Shown piece by piece: positions 1 through 11,164 of a stretch of 44,571 bases of DNA (position 1 is its first letter; the number at the start of each line of letters is the position of its first letter). Origin of the DNA: Octopus sinensis (Eukaryota); contig NW_021834866.1 in assembly GCF_006345805.1 (NCBI RefSeq), positions 1-44,571 of the forward strand, given 5' to 3'. Made by a program: the position numbers and the translations under genes. Under the pieces are notes generated by a model. That model was not told the origin of the DNA. It searched no databases and saw only the letters and a program-made list of their open reading frames with translations.

Positions 1-365
1 CAGTGTGGAGTTCACACATTATCATGCAATGCAGGATTTTGAAAAAAATTATCAGTTTCCTATTACTCAAGACAAGCATTTTCAGTTTGGTGTTTCCCAA
101 AACAAGAGACAAACATTATGGATATGTTACTCACAAATGGAATGGCTAAAGCCTCGTTGAAATTCCGTTGACTAGAAATACAATGATTAACTAACCTGAC
201 CATATTAATAACATGTTATATATATATATATAATATATATATATATAGGAAATAAATAATAATAATAATAATAATAAGGCAGAATGCTAAATTGAAAGCA
301 AATTTTAAGAAAGATTAAAAAAGGAAATCAAACTGGCTTTCCTGGCAAGGCAAATTTCAAGAAAT

Positions 366-873
366 CTGCCCTACAGATATCGTTATGGTTTTGACACCTG
401 GGCACTACCATTCAGTCCAGCAATGTCAACAGCACTAAAATAAGTGTTGTTTGGGAACAAACATGCCAAAGAAACACAACTTTCAAACACATTTACCCAA
501 TACACAACAGTTTTGGTAAATAAATACAATAAGTAAATCTATAACCAACTCCTAAATATGTAACTAAACAGCGACCAAACCTTTATATATATATATCTTG
601 GTCAGTTGTCCATAAGTCCAATAAAAACCATGGAACAAAAAATGCTTTTAAGATGAGGAAGGGGAAAAACAATTCAAAAAAAATTTTTTTTTGTCCTTCC
701 TCATCTTGAAAATTTGCCTTACAATGAAGCTGTTTTGATTTTCTTTTTTAATCTTTCTTACATCCATTTATATTAAAATTTGCTTTCAATTTAGCATTCT
801 GCCTTATTATTATTATTTTTTCCTTTTCTATCATTTCTCCACATGCAGTTAAAACAACCCCACCATTTACTGA

Positions 874-918
<45 letters not shown>

Positions 919-1261
919 AAACGCTGTGTTATAATACTATTCCACATATACAAAAACAGCCATACCAACAATCCAACATACCTCCATCATCAGCTGCCCT
1001 ACAGATATCGTTATGGTTTTGACACCTGGGCACTACCATTCAGTCCAGCAATGTCAACAGCACTAAAATAAGTGTTGTTTGGGAACAAACATGCCAAAGA
1101 AACCACAACTTTCAAACACATTTACCCAATACACAACAGTTTTGGTAAATAAATACAATAAGTAAATCTATAACCAACTCCTAAATATGTAACTAAACAG
1201 CGACCAAACCTTTATATATATATATCTTGGTCAGCTGTCCATAAGTCCAATAAAAACCATG
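366..1261 (+). repeat. Near-identical direct duplication of about 267 bp (copies 366-632 and 994-1261)
   Basis: Both copies read ctgccctacagatatcgttatgg...taaaaaccatg. They differ only by one 1-bp indel (aacac/aaccac) and one T/C substitution. Confidence 0.95.
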
Positions 1262-1976
1262 CTCTGAAAGAAGTGTTTTTTGAGCAATAACATGTTATGT
1301 AATTATTGGTTACGGCTAATTAGAATGTTATAATTGGTTTCATGTCTACTATTGCACATAGCAACACAAGTGACTCACCCGGCCTGCTAGTTGAGGGTGC
1401 ATAACCTCTTCCCAAATGGAGGTAAAAATATAATCTTGGTCAGCTTGGTGGTGTAAAACTTCTGAAATGAAAATATTTTCAAACCGAAACTTCTTCTGGG
1501 CGTGATGGGGTCAACACCCTTTGAACAATTTCAGTTGTGTCTGAAAAGGGTAAGTTCATATACGTTTCTCTATGTTTTCCATTCAATATTCAATTATGAA
1601 TTTTCTATCATATGGGTATAGACTAAACACTTCACTTTTTGAATTTAAGAAGGCACCTAGAACAAGCAAATTTTTTAGGATCCTTGTCCTCTCGACTAAG
1701 CAAAGTTTGCACCATTCCCATTCATTGAGGTATATGGTAGGGTGGTTCTAGTAGCTTCCATTTACTCTTCTATGGTATTCCCAGTTATTTTAAACACCAA
1801 ATTTAGTTTGCCAATGCTGTAATGTTGTTCCTCTCTGGGATCCTAAATGAGAACCTGTGGTTATTTAGGCACAGCTTAAAGGGGCCCTCCATTGTTCCAA
1901 CATATTTCTGTGCATGTGACCCTACATTGTTTGTGTTGCTGCTGTTGTCTTCTTCTTTCAATCAAGACTCAGGCCA

Positions 1977-2172
1977 TTAGCCACGAAGAATAATCTCTAA
2001 GGTACTAAGAATGCGTGTGACAACTTGAAAATCCACCCACCACACGCGATAGACTGGCGGTTGCACGGGTGCGAAAGCTACATTGTTATCCTCATTCAGT
2101 AAATGGTAGCTTTTAATGGGTGGAGAGCTGAACCATCCTGGGGTACAGAGGATTCGCAATCTAGAATAGGGT
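1977..2172 (-). CDS. Candidate alternative terminal coding exon of the Srrm234 gene (R-PYSRLRILCTPGWF...LEIILRG-stop)
   Basis: Two in-frame acceptors, ctttcag|A at 2172 and ttctag|A at 2160, both match the phase-2 donor at 11165. An in-frame TAA lies just upstream (2183-2181) and the frame is open to TAA at 1979-1977. I recognise no homology and there is no expression evidence. Confidence 0.3.
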
Positions 2173-2214
2173 CTGAAAGTTTACCACACCATAGTGGGTC
2201 ACACCATGGTTCCT

Positions 2215-2422
2215 CTGCTTTGTGGCAGAAGTAGGAAGAAAGAGTGAGAGAAAGATGTGGTGAAAGAGTACAGCAGGGTTCATCCCCCACCCCTCGCTGA
2301 AGCCTCGTGGAGCTGAGGTGTTTTTGCTCAATAAACACTCACAATGCCTGATCTGGGAATTGAAACTGCGTTCTTATGACCGCAAGTCCGCTGCCCTAAC
2401 CACTGGACCATTGCGCCTCCAC
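2215..2422 (-). mobile_element. tRNA-derived SINE, family C (label used here), 5' portion
   Basis: Minus strand starts gtggaggcgcaatggtccagtggttagggcagcggac (A-box-like). The body matches copies at 8161 and 26955. Confidence 0.8.
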
Positions 2423-2812
2423 TCTGCTGCCGCTGTTGCTGTTGTTCCTGCCACTGCCATTGCTTCTGCTACCACTGGACACCACCTGTGCATCATAGAC
2501 CACAACCACATGGTTGGGCATTCAGAGCTAACCCAACATGAGCATAGCGCCTCTGTGTGCTGTTTAGGGGTGTTCACTAAAATTATTTTTACACAGGGGA
2601 CACAGCTGAGCAAGACCCTTATGTCATGTCTATTAAATAATTGCCTATAGAATTCCGCTACAGTTAAACGGTTAACAAAGCCTCTTTATGTTTGTTGAGC
2701 ATATCTGACTGAAATGTCCAAGCAGGTACAAACGAATTGAGCCATGTAGAAGTTTTAATGTAGCCACATGTTGTGTTGTGTCGTATTATGTTCTGTTCTC
2801 TCAGTTGTGCTA

Positions 2813-3047
2813 CCTATTTCTTTACTACCCACAAGGGGCTAAACACAGAGAGGACAAACAAGGACAGACAAACGAATTAAGTCGATTACATCGACCCCAG
2901 TGCGTAACTGGTACTTATTTTATCGACCCCGAAAGGATGAAAGGCAAAGTCAACCTTGGCGGAATTTGAACTCAGAACGTAGCCGCAGACGAAATACCGC
3001 TAAGAATTTCGCCTGGTGTGCTAACGTTTCTGCCAGCTCGCCGCCTT
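2813..3047 (-). mobile_element. SINE family B (label used here), single unit with head
   Basis: Reverse complement of ggcggcgagctggcagaaacgttagc...gagttcaaattcc...gtaaagaaatagg. There are many copies in the window. Confidence 0.85.
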
Positions 3048-3489
3048 ATATTCTCGTTGTGCTACCATTGAGCAAGGACTCACAAGCAGTGAATGCTCTG
3101 CTTTGCATGTTCAAACCTATCACCCTTGTTCCTTAAGAGGAAGGGGTGGGGGATACATAATGAAAATAATAAACAGAATAAAAGATTAAGCATAAAACAG
3201 CAAAATCAAATTCAAAAATAAAAAATACATAGATTAAATAAAAATAAGAATTTTAGCAACTGAAAAATTAATGTAAAAACTGAAAATTTGATTTTAAAGC
3301 AAAACATAGAAAAAGAAAAAATTAAAAATAAAAACAAATTAGAATAATGAAAAAAAAAACAACAGAAAATAAATATAAGTGAATATAGATTTTTATGATT
3401 AAAAATGAAAACAAACAATTGTCCACACAAACATACATAGACATGAGTGCACAGGTAAATTTTTAAAAATAAATTTACATATATAGATT

Positions 3490-3721
3490 GAAAGGCACAC
3501 GCACACACACACACACACACACAAACACACACATGCTCAGTCACACACAAATAAATGAACCCTCATAACAAATTACTGAAGAAAACCAACATACACGCAT
3601 TCAAACAAATATATACTTTTATATATATATATATATACACACACACATATATATATATATATACATACACAAACACACATATATATACATGCACACACAC
3701 ACACACACACATATATACATG

Positions 3722-3782
<61 letters not shown>

Positions 3783-4010
3783 ACACACATACATATATAT
3801 ACATATATATATACACATACACACATATGTATATATATATATATATACATACACATATATACATACACACACACACGCATGTGTTAATGCATACATATAT
3901 ATATATATATATATACTGATATGTGTTAATGTGTGCATGTTTGTATGTATATACATGTATATTTATATGTATATACATGTCTACACCTGCTTAATAAATC
4001 ATGGAAATAA
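3490..4010. repeat. Compound (CA)n/(TA)n microsatellite field
   Basis: Direct reading. It explains the HT/YI/VC-repeat ORFs here. Confidence 0.95.
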
Positions 4011-4049
4011 AATGAAATTCCCACACACACACACATACACAAACATCAT

Positions 4050-4455
4050 TTATCTTTTACTGGTTTCAGTCATTGGATTGCAACCATACTGGAGCACTGC
4101 CTTGCTGGGTTAACTCAAACAGATCAACCCCAATACTTATATTTTTAAGTCTGTTACTTATCCTGTCACTTTCTTTAGTTGAACTACTTAGTTATTGGAA
4201 TGCAAACAAACCAACACTGGTTGTCAAACAGTGGCAGTGGGGGACAATCATAAAGACACATACACACACACACGTGCACATATATATATATAGGCAGTGG
4301 GATTCTGCACAGTTTCCATCTACCAAATTCGCTCAAAGGCATTATTAGCCATCCTGGGCCTATAGTAGAAGATACCTGCTCAAGGTACCATGCTGTGGGA
4401 CTGAACCCAAAACTACATAACTGTAAACAAAGCTTCTTAGCTACTCGGCCAAAAC
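4050..4455 (-). mobile_element. Degenerate SINE family A copy
   Basis: Diverged match to the reverse complement of the 11361-11770 copy (ttttactggtttcagtcatt...; agtttccatctaccaaattc...; gggactgaaccc). Confidence 0.65.
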
Positions 4456-5065
4456 TGTACCTAAATGTGTGTGTGTGCGTGCATGCACATGTGTGCATGT
4501 GTAAACACACACACACATGCAAGCAAACACGCTTTAATGCAAATTATTGAAGATCAACAAAGATGCACACATGCAGAAATACACATACACACACACAAAC
4601 ACACACTCATGCAGTTGTGTACATATACACACAAATACACACGTACACATATATACTCATAATCACACACACACATACACACACACAAATACTGAAATAA
4701 ACTCCTTACAACTACAAGAAAATAAACAATTATTTTAATAATGAATAAATAAATAATTAAGAGGTTGATTAAATGATTCATTAAGACTGTATAATTTGCA
4801 GTTGATGAGATTTTTTGAGATATTTATGCATTTCTAATTTTTAAATAATTAGTGAAGATGACTATTTGGCATTGGTATTGTTATTGTTGTCAGTGATGGT
4901 GATGATGATGTCACTAAGAACCTGGGTCAGCCCTGATTCCATGTAGGTGTAATCATGGACATGCCACCCATACAACCATACAAGCATGCAAGCTTTTCTC
5001 TAGATATCTACAACTATATTGGCAAATATGTTCCTTGCATGAGAAAGTAACGCTGGAACATACAT

Positions 5066-5561
5066 AAGAGATGTACCGGACACACGAGAGGTGTACTGGA
5101 CACAGAAGATGTGTGCTGGACACAGAAGAGGTGTACTGGACACAGAAGAGGTGTACTGGACACAGAAGATGTGTGCTGGACACAGAAGAGTTGTACTGGA
5201 CACAGAGGTGTACTGGACACAGAAGTGTACTGGACACAGAAGTGTACTGGACACAGAAGTGTACTGGACACATGAGAGGTGTACTGGACACAGAAGAGGT
5301 GTGCTGGACATAGAAGAAGTGTGCTGGACACATGACAGGCATACTTGACTAACGTGAGTTGTACTGGACACATGAGAGGTTTACTGGACCCACAAGAGGT
5401 TTACTGGACAAACGTGAGGTTTACTGGACACACGAGAGCTGTACTGGACACATGAGAGGTGTACTGGACCCATGAGAGGTTTACTGGACAAACGTGAGGT
5501 TTACTGGACCCATGAGAGGTGTACTCGACCCACGAGAGGTTTACTGGACACATAAGAAGTG
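5066..5561. repeat. 20-bp minisatellite, about 25 copies (three are 17-bp variants), core gtgtactggac
   Basis: The core recurs at 5071, 5091, 5111 ... 5539 with a 20-bp period, except for 17-bp steps between 5191 and 5259. Confidence 0.95.
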
Positions 5562-6062
5562 TCAGCATGCAGCTCACTCAGAAGACAATGAAAGAGAAGA
5601 GGAGTGCACCTTTATGGTTGGAAATGAGGGTTAAGGTATGAAAGGAGGAGGAGGAGAGGGCGAGGCTGAAGAGGCTCTGTTTGCAGAGGAGTTATGTGGC
5701 TACTTGCATTTAGGGGAATGTGTGAGAATGAATCAGTTGCAACTGCAAGGAAGCTAATAGGGATGATGAGGGGCCCAGGTGGCACCACAAGAAATACCAT
5801 AACACACACACACACACATCATAATCATCATCATAATCATCATCATCATGTTTTAATGTCCATCTTCCATCATGGTATTGACTGGAAGGCTCAACAGGAT
5901 TTGATAGGTCAAAGGACTGTGCCATGATCACAGCGCACACACACACACACACATACACATATGAACCCACACATACACACACACACAATCATATATACTT
6001 ATGCATACATATATACCAAGACATGCATACACAATTATGTATATGTCAATCATTAAACACAT

Positions 6063-6100
<38 letters not shown>

Positions 6101-6292
6101 TATACAGAAATACACATGTACACATTATATCAAAAACACAAACACATACATGCACACACACACACACACACACACTATATACAGAAACACAACACACACA
6201 CACACACACATTTAAGCATACACACACACACATATACACACATATGCGCATACAATTATGTGTACATCAGTTAGTAAACACACACACATGTA

Positions 6293-6461
6293 TATCATCA
6301 TCATCGTTTAACGTCCGCTTTCCATGCTAGCATGGGTTGGACGGTTCAACTGGGGTCTGGCAAGCCTGAAGGCTGCACCAGGCCAGTCAGATCTGGCAGT
6401 GTTTCTACAGCTGGATGCCCTTCCTAACGCCAACCACTCCGAGAGTGTAGTGGGTGATTTT
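6293..6461 (-). mobile_element. SINE-like family D (label used here), 3' end with (GAT)n tail on the minus strand
   Basis: catcatcgtttaacgtccgctttccatgctagcatgggttggacgg... is the reverse complement of the 3' end of the 8950-9301 copy. Confidence 0.85.
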
Positions 6462-6888
6462 ATGTGCCACCGACACAGGTGCCAGACGAGGCTGGCAGAC
6501 GGCCACGCTCGGATGGTGTTTTTTATGTGCCACCGGCACAGGTGCCAGACGAGGCTGGCTGACGGCCACGCTCGGATGGTGTTTTTTATGTGCCACCGAC
6601 ACAGGTTGCCAGACGAGGCTGGCAGACGGCCACGCTCGGATGGTGTTTTTATGTGACCACCGACACAGGTGCCAGACGAGGCTGGCTGACGGCCACGCTC
6701 GGATGGTGTTTTTTATGTGCCACCGACACAGGTGCCAGACGAGGCTGGCAGACGGCCACGCTCGGATGGTGTTTTTTATGTGCCACCGACACAGGTGCCA
6801 GACGAGGCTGGCTGACGGCCACGCTCGGATGGTGTTTTTTATGTGCCACCGGCACAGGTGCCAGACGAGGCTGGCTGACGGCCACGCC
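6462..6888. repeat. 63-bp tandem repeat (6 full copies plus one partial) derived from an internal segment of SINE family D
   Basis: Unit atgtgccaccgacacaggtgccagacgaggctggcagacggccacgctcggatggtgtttttt starts at 6462, 6525, 6588, 6651, 6715, 6778 and 6841. Its reverse complement resembles 9043-9090. Confidence 0.95.
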
Positions 6889-7489
6889 GTATATATACTA
6901 TATACAAAAACACGCCGTATATATACTATATACAGAAACACAAACATACATTTATGCATACATACACATATACATGCACAATTATGTGTATATCAATCAC
7001 TAAACACACACACACACACACATACACACACACACACATACACACACACACATACACACACACACACATATGCACAGATAAGCATCAAAACTTTGCACTA
7101 GATATACATATATCATGCCAGAATACGAGTGGACACCAGGTCCCATAAGCCATCTGACCCGCTGACCTTTGGTCACTTACAAAGACACATCAATAATAGT
7201 TTAATAAGCTGTACAAAATGCTTTGATTTATAGCCAGATCTGTAGCATTGCCAAGATATAGATTTGTGCTTGTGAGTTTCTGCATAAAGGGGCAGAGTGT
7301 GTGTGTGTATTTGTGTGTGCAAGTGTGTGTGTGTGTATTTGTGTGTGCATACATATGTATAAGTATAAATGATGATGATGTGCGTGTATATAGATATATG
7401 TATGTCTATATAATTATCATTTAATGTCAATTTTCCTTGCTGCCATGGCTAGAAAGTTGTGCACAAACACATTCATTTATAGTGTGTGT

Positions 7490-7490
7490 G

Positions 7491-7522
<32 letters not shown>

Positions 7523-8150
7523 TATATATACAGGCATACATATATAAATATATACATTCATGTGTGTGTTTGTGTATGTATATATATATATATATATATA
7601 ATACACACACACATACACACATATTTATATACAGGCATACATATATAAATATATACATTCATGTGTGTGTTTGTGTATGTATATATATATATATAAATAC
7701 ACACACACATACACACATATTTATATACAGGCATACATATATAAATATATACATTCATGTGTGTGTTTGTGTATGTATATATATATATATAAATACACAC
7801 ACACATACACACAATTTTATATACAGGCATACATATATAAATATATACTTCATGTGTGTGTTTGTGTATGTATATATATATATAGAAATACAACACACAC
7901 ATACACACATATTTATATACAGGCATACATATAAATATATACATTCATGTGTGTGTTTGTGTATGTATATATATATATATATAAATACACACACACATAC
8001 ACACATATATATACAGGCATACATATATAAATATATACATTCATGTGTGTGTTTGTGTATGTATATATATATATATATATAAATACACACACACATACAC
8101 ACATATTTATATACAGGCATACATATATAAATATATACATTCATGTGTTT
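7490..8150. repeat. About 96-bp tandem repeat of a composite microsatellite, 7 copies
   Basis: Marker caggcatac at 7531, 7632, 7728, 7824, 7920, 8014 and 8114. Confidence 0.9.
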
Positions 8151-8160
8151 GTGTGTGTGT

Positions 8161-8464
8161 GTGGAGGCACATGCCTAGTGGTTAGAGCAGCGGACTCGCA
8201 GTCGAGGGATCGCGGGTTCGAATCTTAGACCGGGCGATGTGTGTGCTTATGAGCAAAACGCCTAAGCTCCACGCGGCTCCGGCAAAAGGTAATGGCAAAC
8301 TTCTGCTGACTCTTTTGCCACAACTTTCTCTCACTCTTTCCTCCTGCATCTTGCAGCTCACCTGCGATAGACTGGCGTCCTATCCAGGTGGGGAACCTAT
8401 ACGCCAAGGAAACCGGGAAACTGGCCCTTATGAGCCAGGCACGGCTCGAGAAGGAACAAACAAC
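8161..8464 (+). mobile_element. tRNA-derived SINE, family C variant
   Basis: A-box-like tgcctagtggt and B-box gggttcgaatc, followed by a non-tRNA body shared with 2215-2422. Confidence 0.85.
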
Positions 8465-8779
8465 ATGTATATATATATATATGTATGAAGCTTCTTTGGA
8501 GAAATGGTTAAAACATAAGAGGATACACATTTTTTATCATCATCACCATTGTCATCATCATGGGTCACATGAAGTTTACTGAGGCCGTGTTTCTATCCGC
8601 AGATGCTTTTCCTGTTGCCAACCTTCAACTGCTTCCTAGCCCAGTTAATATTTACTCGTGTCTAGATGTGCTTCTGTGTTTGAAATTTTAAGGTGATATG
8701 AGGGACTCTCCCATTGTTAGACACTGTATGAGGGTTCAACAGGTGCAATGGGTGCCACATGTCAGATGTCAAAATGATC

Positions 8780-8890
8780 GCAGAGCAACGTGAAATGGAG
8801 TGCTTTGCTCAAGAACACAATGCAATGCCTGCTCTGGGAATTGAACCCACAATCTCACAATCAGAAGTGCAACCCCTAACCACCAAGAGA
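8780..8890 (-). mobile_element. tRNA-like SINE head fragment related to 40380-40620
   Basis: Shares gtg.tttgctcaagaacacaa followed by a reversed B-box (gggaattgaaccc). Confidence 0.6.
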
Positions 8891-8949
8891 TATGCACATT
8901 CCCATATATATATATATATATATATAATATATATATATTCACTTTGGAT

Positions 8950-9301
8950 TGTAGGGCGACCTGTTGTGCTTGAGGAGACCTATTGAGTCAAGTACATCAA
9001 CATCAAAATACAAATCAAACAGAAGTTGTAGCTGTGATACCTGTGCCGGTGGCACGTAAAAAGCACCATCCGAACGTGGCCAATGCCAGCGCTGCCTTGA
9101 CTGGCTTCCATGCTGGTGACACGTAAAATGGACCCACTACACGCATGTTGTAGTTGGTGTTAGGAAGGGCATCCAGCTGTAGAAACACTGCCAGATCAGA
9201 CTGGAGCCTGGTGCAGCCTCCTGGCTTCCCAGACCCAGGTCAAACTGTCCAACCCATGCTAGCATGGAAAACGGACGTTAAACGATGATGATGATGATGA
9301 T
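8950..9301 (+). mobile_element. SINE-like family D, sense orientation, (GAT)n tail
   Basis: ...gtgccggtggcacgtaaaaagcacc...aggaagggcatccagctgtagaaac...acggacgttaaacgatgatgatg. Confidence 0.85.
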
Positions 9302-10024
9302 ATATTGGAAGCAGATACAGCATGTAAAAGAGAATACTATGTTGGTTTAGACACGTGATGTGTATGAATGATGACAGCTGTATAAAGTGCTGATCGCTTA
9401 AAGTGGATGACACCTGTGGAAGAGGGAGACTCCGGAAGACATAGGATTAAGTAGTGAGGACTGAATTCAAGATTTTGGGCCTCATGGAGGAGATGACACT
9501 GGGCCATGATTTCTGGGGATACAAGGTTCTTCAACACCTGCCCACCTCAGTGAAACTGAGTTCTGGAAGTGCAATGTGCCACACCCACAGGTAACATAAG
9601 ACTTTTCATACACTGTGCCCAAATAAACCAAACTACATCTCTTCCCTTCCTCCTCCTCATGTTCCCTTTTCCCTTGCATTATACTTATCCCTCCCCCTCC
9701 ACTCCTGCTGCCCAATCCTGTCCCCCCTGCACTGCCAAGTGTATCGTTCCAATACTGTTGTGCCTAGGTTTCGCCAATCACTGCATCCCCACTTCTCACC
9801 CTACTTTTTTGCATTCACATGAACTCCCTACTCATGTGTCCTCAGCCCTGAGAGTATTCCCTAGCACATTGCCTCCATCCCTCTCGATTCTCTCATCTTT
9901 GCTCCCTCCCTCCCTCACACTCTCCACCTGCCACCTGTTGCTGTCCTTCTGTTGTACTCCAAACTCATCTCCTGGCACGAAGCCACTTCCTCCAGTACCC
10001 ACCCCTCTCAAAGGACGTTTGTCT

Positions 10025-10320
10025 TGCAAGTTGCTTGGTAAAAAAACATTCACTCATCCACTCAGTAAAGTGGTTGCTCTTTGGAAAGGCATCCAGCTGT
10101 AAAAACCATGCCAAAAAAGACATCACTAGTGCTGGTGCCACATAAAGAAGCACCGAATCCACTCTGTATAGTGGTTGGCATTATGAAGGACATCAAGTCA
10201 GAAGAACCATGTCAAAATAGACTCCAGAACATGCTGCAGTCCTCTGGTTTGTCAATTCCTGGCAAGCCATACAACCCATGACAGCATGGAAGCTGGCTGT
10301 TAACTGATGATCATGATCTA
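10025..10320 (+). mobile_element. Degenerate SINE family D copy
   Basis: Retains ggaaaggcatccagctgtaaaaaccatgcc and acaacccatgacagcatggaa. Confidence 0.6.
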
Positions 10321-10419
10321 TAAACATATATGCATATATAAGCATAGAAACTCTAAACACATAGGCTTCTGTATATATATCTGTGTGAGTGTGTGAATAT
10401 ACATATATATATACATGTT

Positions 10420-10683
10420 ATAAACATCTATATGCATATTTGCACGTGTATATATATGCATAGAAACTATAAATATACATGCATGTGTGTGTGTATATAT
10501 ATATATATATCTTTGAGTGTGAATATATGTATATATATATATATAAACATCTATACAAATATTTAATGTATATAGAAGCTATATACATAAATGCATATAA
10601 TTACATATATATATATATACACATATATAAACTAATGTGCATATATTCATACATGTATATGCATAAATTAGTTAGATACATGG

Positions 10684-10721
<38 letters not shown>

Positions 10722-10726
10722 GTATG

Positions 10727-10759
<33 letters not shown>

Positions 10760-10890
10760 GTATGTATATATATATATATATATATGTATGTATATATATA
10801 TATATATTATGTATGTATATATATATATATATATGTATGTATATATATATATATAAGCTATATACATATGTGCATATATTTATGTATATA
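10420..10890. repeat. (TA)n-rich microsatellite field
   Basis: Direct reading. Confidence 0.95.
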
Positions 10891-11099
10891 CTGAAACTCC
10901 TGAAAATATAAATGGCAATAAATGGAAAAGTCTAGAATCCTATAAAGAATCTCAGAAAAAAAAGAGTGAAATAAAATAGATTTCTTCAAAATTTTTATGC
11001 TAACAACAACAACAACAACCACAACAACAATGGAAACAACAAAAGCAGCAACGACAACAACAACAACAAAAACTATTGTCATGACAACAGTTAAGTGGC

Positions 11100-11154
11100 T
11101 AAAAAAGACAACAACAACATCAACATGGACTGGAAATTTTAATATAAAGTGTTA
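11100..11154 (-). terminator. Candidate intronic polyadenylation site directly after the eMIC-N exon
   Basis: Minus strand: read-through stop TAA at 11154-11152, ATTAAA at 11143-11138, CA at 11127-11126, then GU/U-rich tgttgatgttgttgttgtctttttt. Confidence 0.4.
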
Positions 11155-11164
11155 TGGGCCATAC

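Noticed and set aside
3212-3978. YI/HT/VC-repeat ORFs here and at 7424-8144, 10479-10911, 17137-18355, 31193-31713 and 35961-36669
   Set aside because: Translations of dinucleotide microsatellites.
5066-5561. Repeat-spacer look of the 20-bp array as a CRISPR array
   Set aside because: Variable parts are only 6-9 bp and are related to each other.
6324-7101. Long ORFs on both strands with 21-aa repeats
   Set aside because: They arise from the stop-free 63-bp SINE-derived unit and are open in several frames at once.
8161-8240. tRNA gene (also the heads at 11361, 20864 and 2422)
   Set aside because: A and B boxes are present but there is no complete cloverleaf, and each continues into a multicopy SINE body.
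9569-10102. 177-aa plus-strand ORF
   Set aside because: Pyrimidine-rich low-complexity sequence ending in a SINE D fragment, with no recognisable domain.
1-11164. Exon encoding SARKRPIPY (second half of eMIC)
   Set aside because: I scanned by eye for the degenerate reverse-complement codon pattern and found none. The AG at about 2079 gives SFRTRAT, which does not match. A TBLASTN would be decisive.
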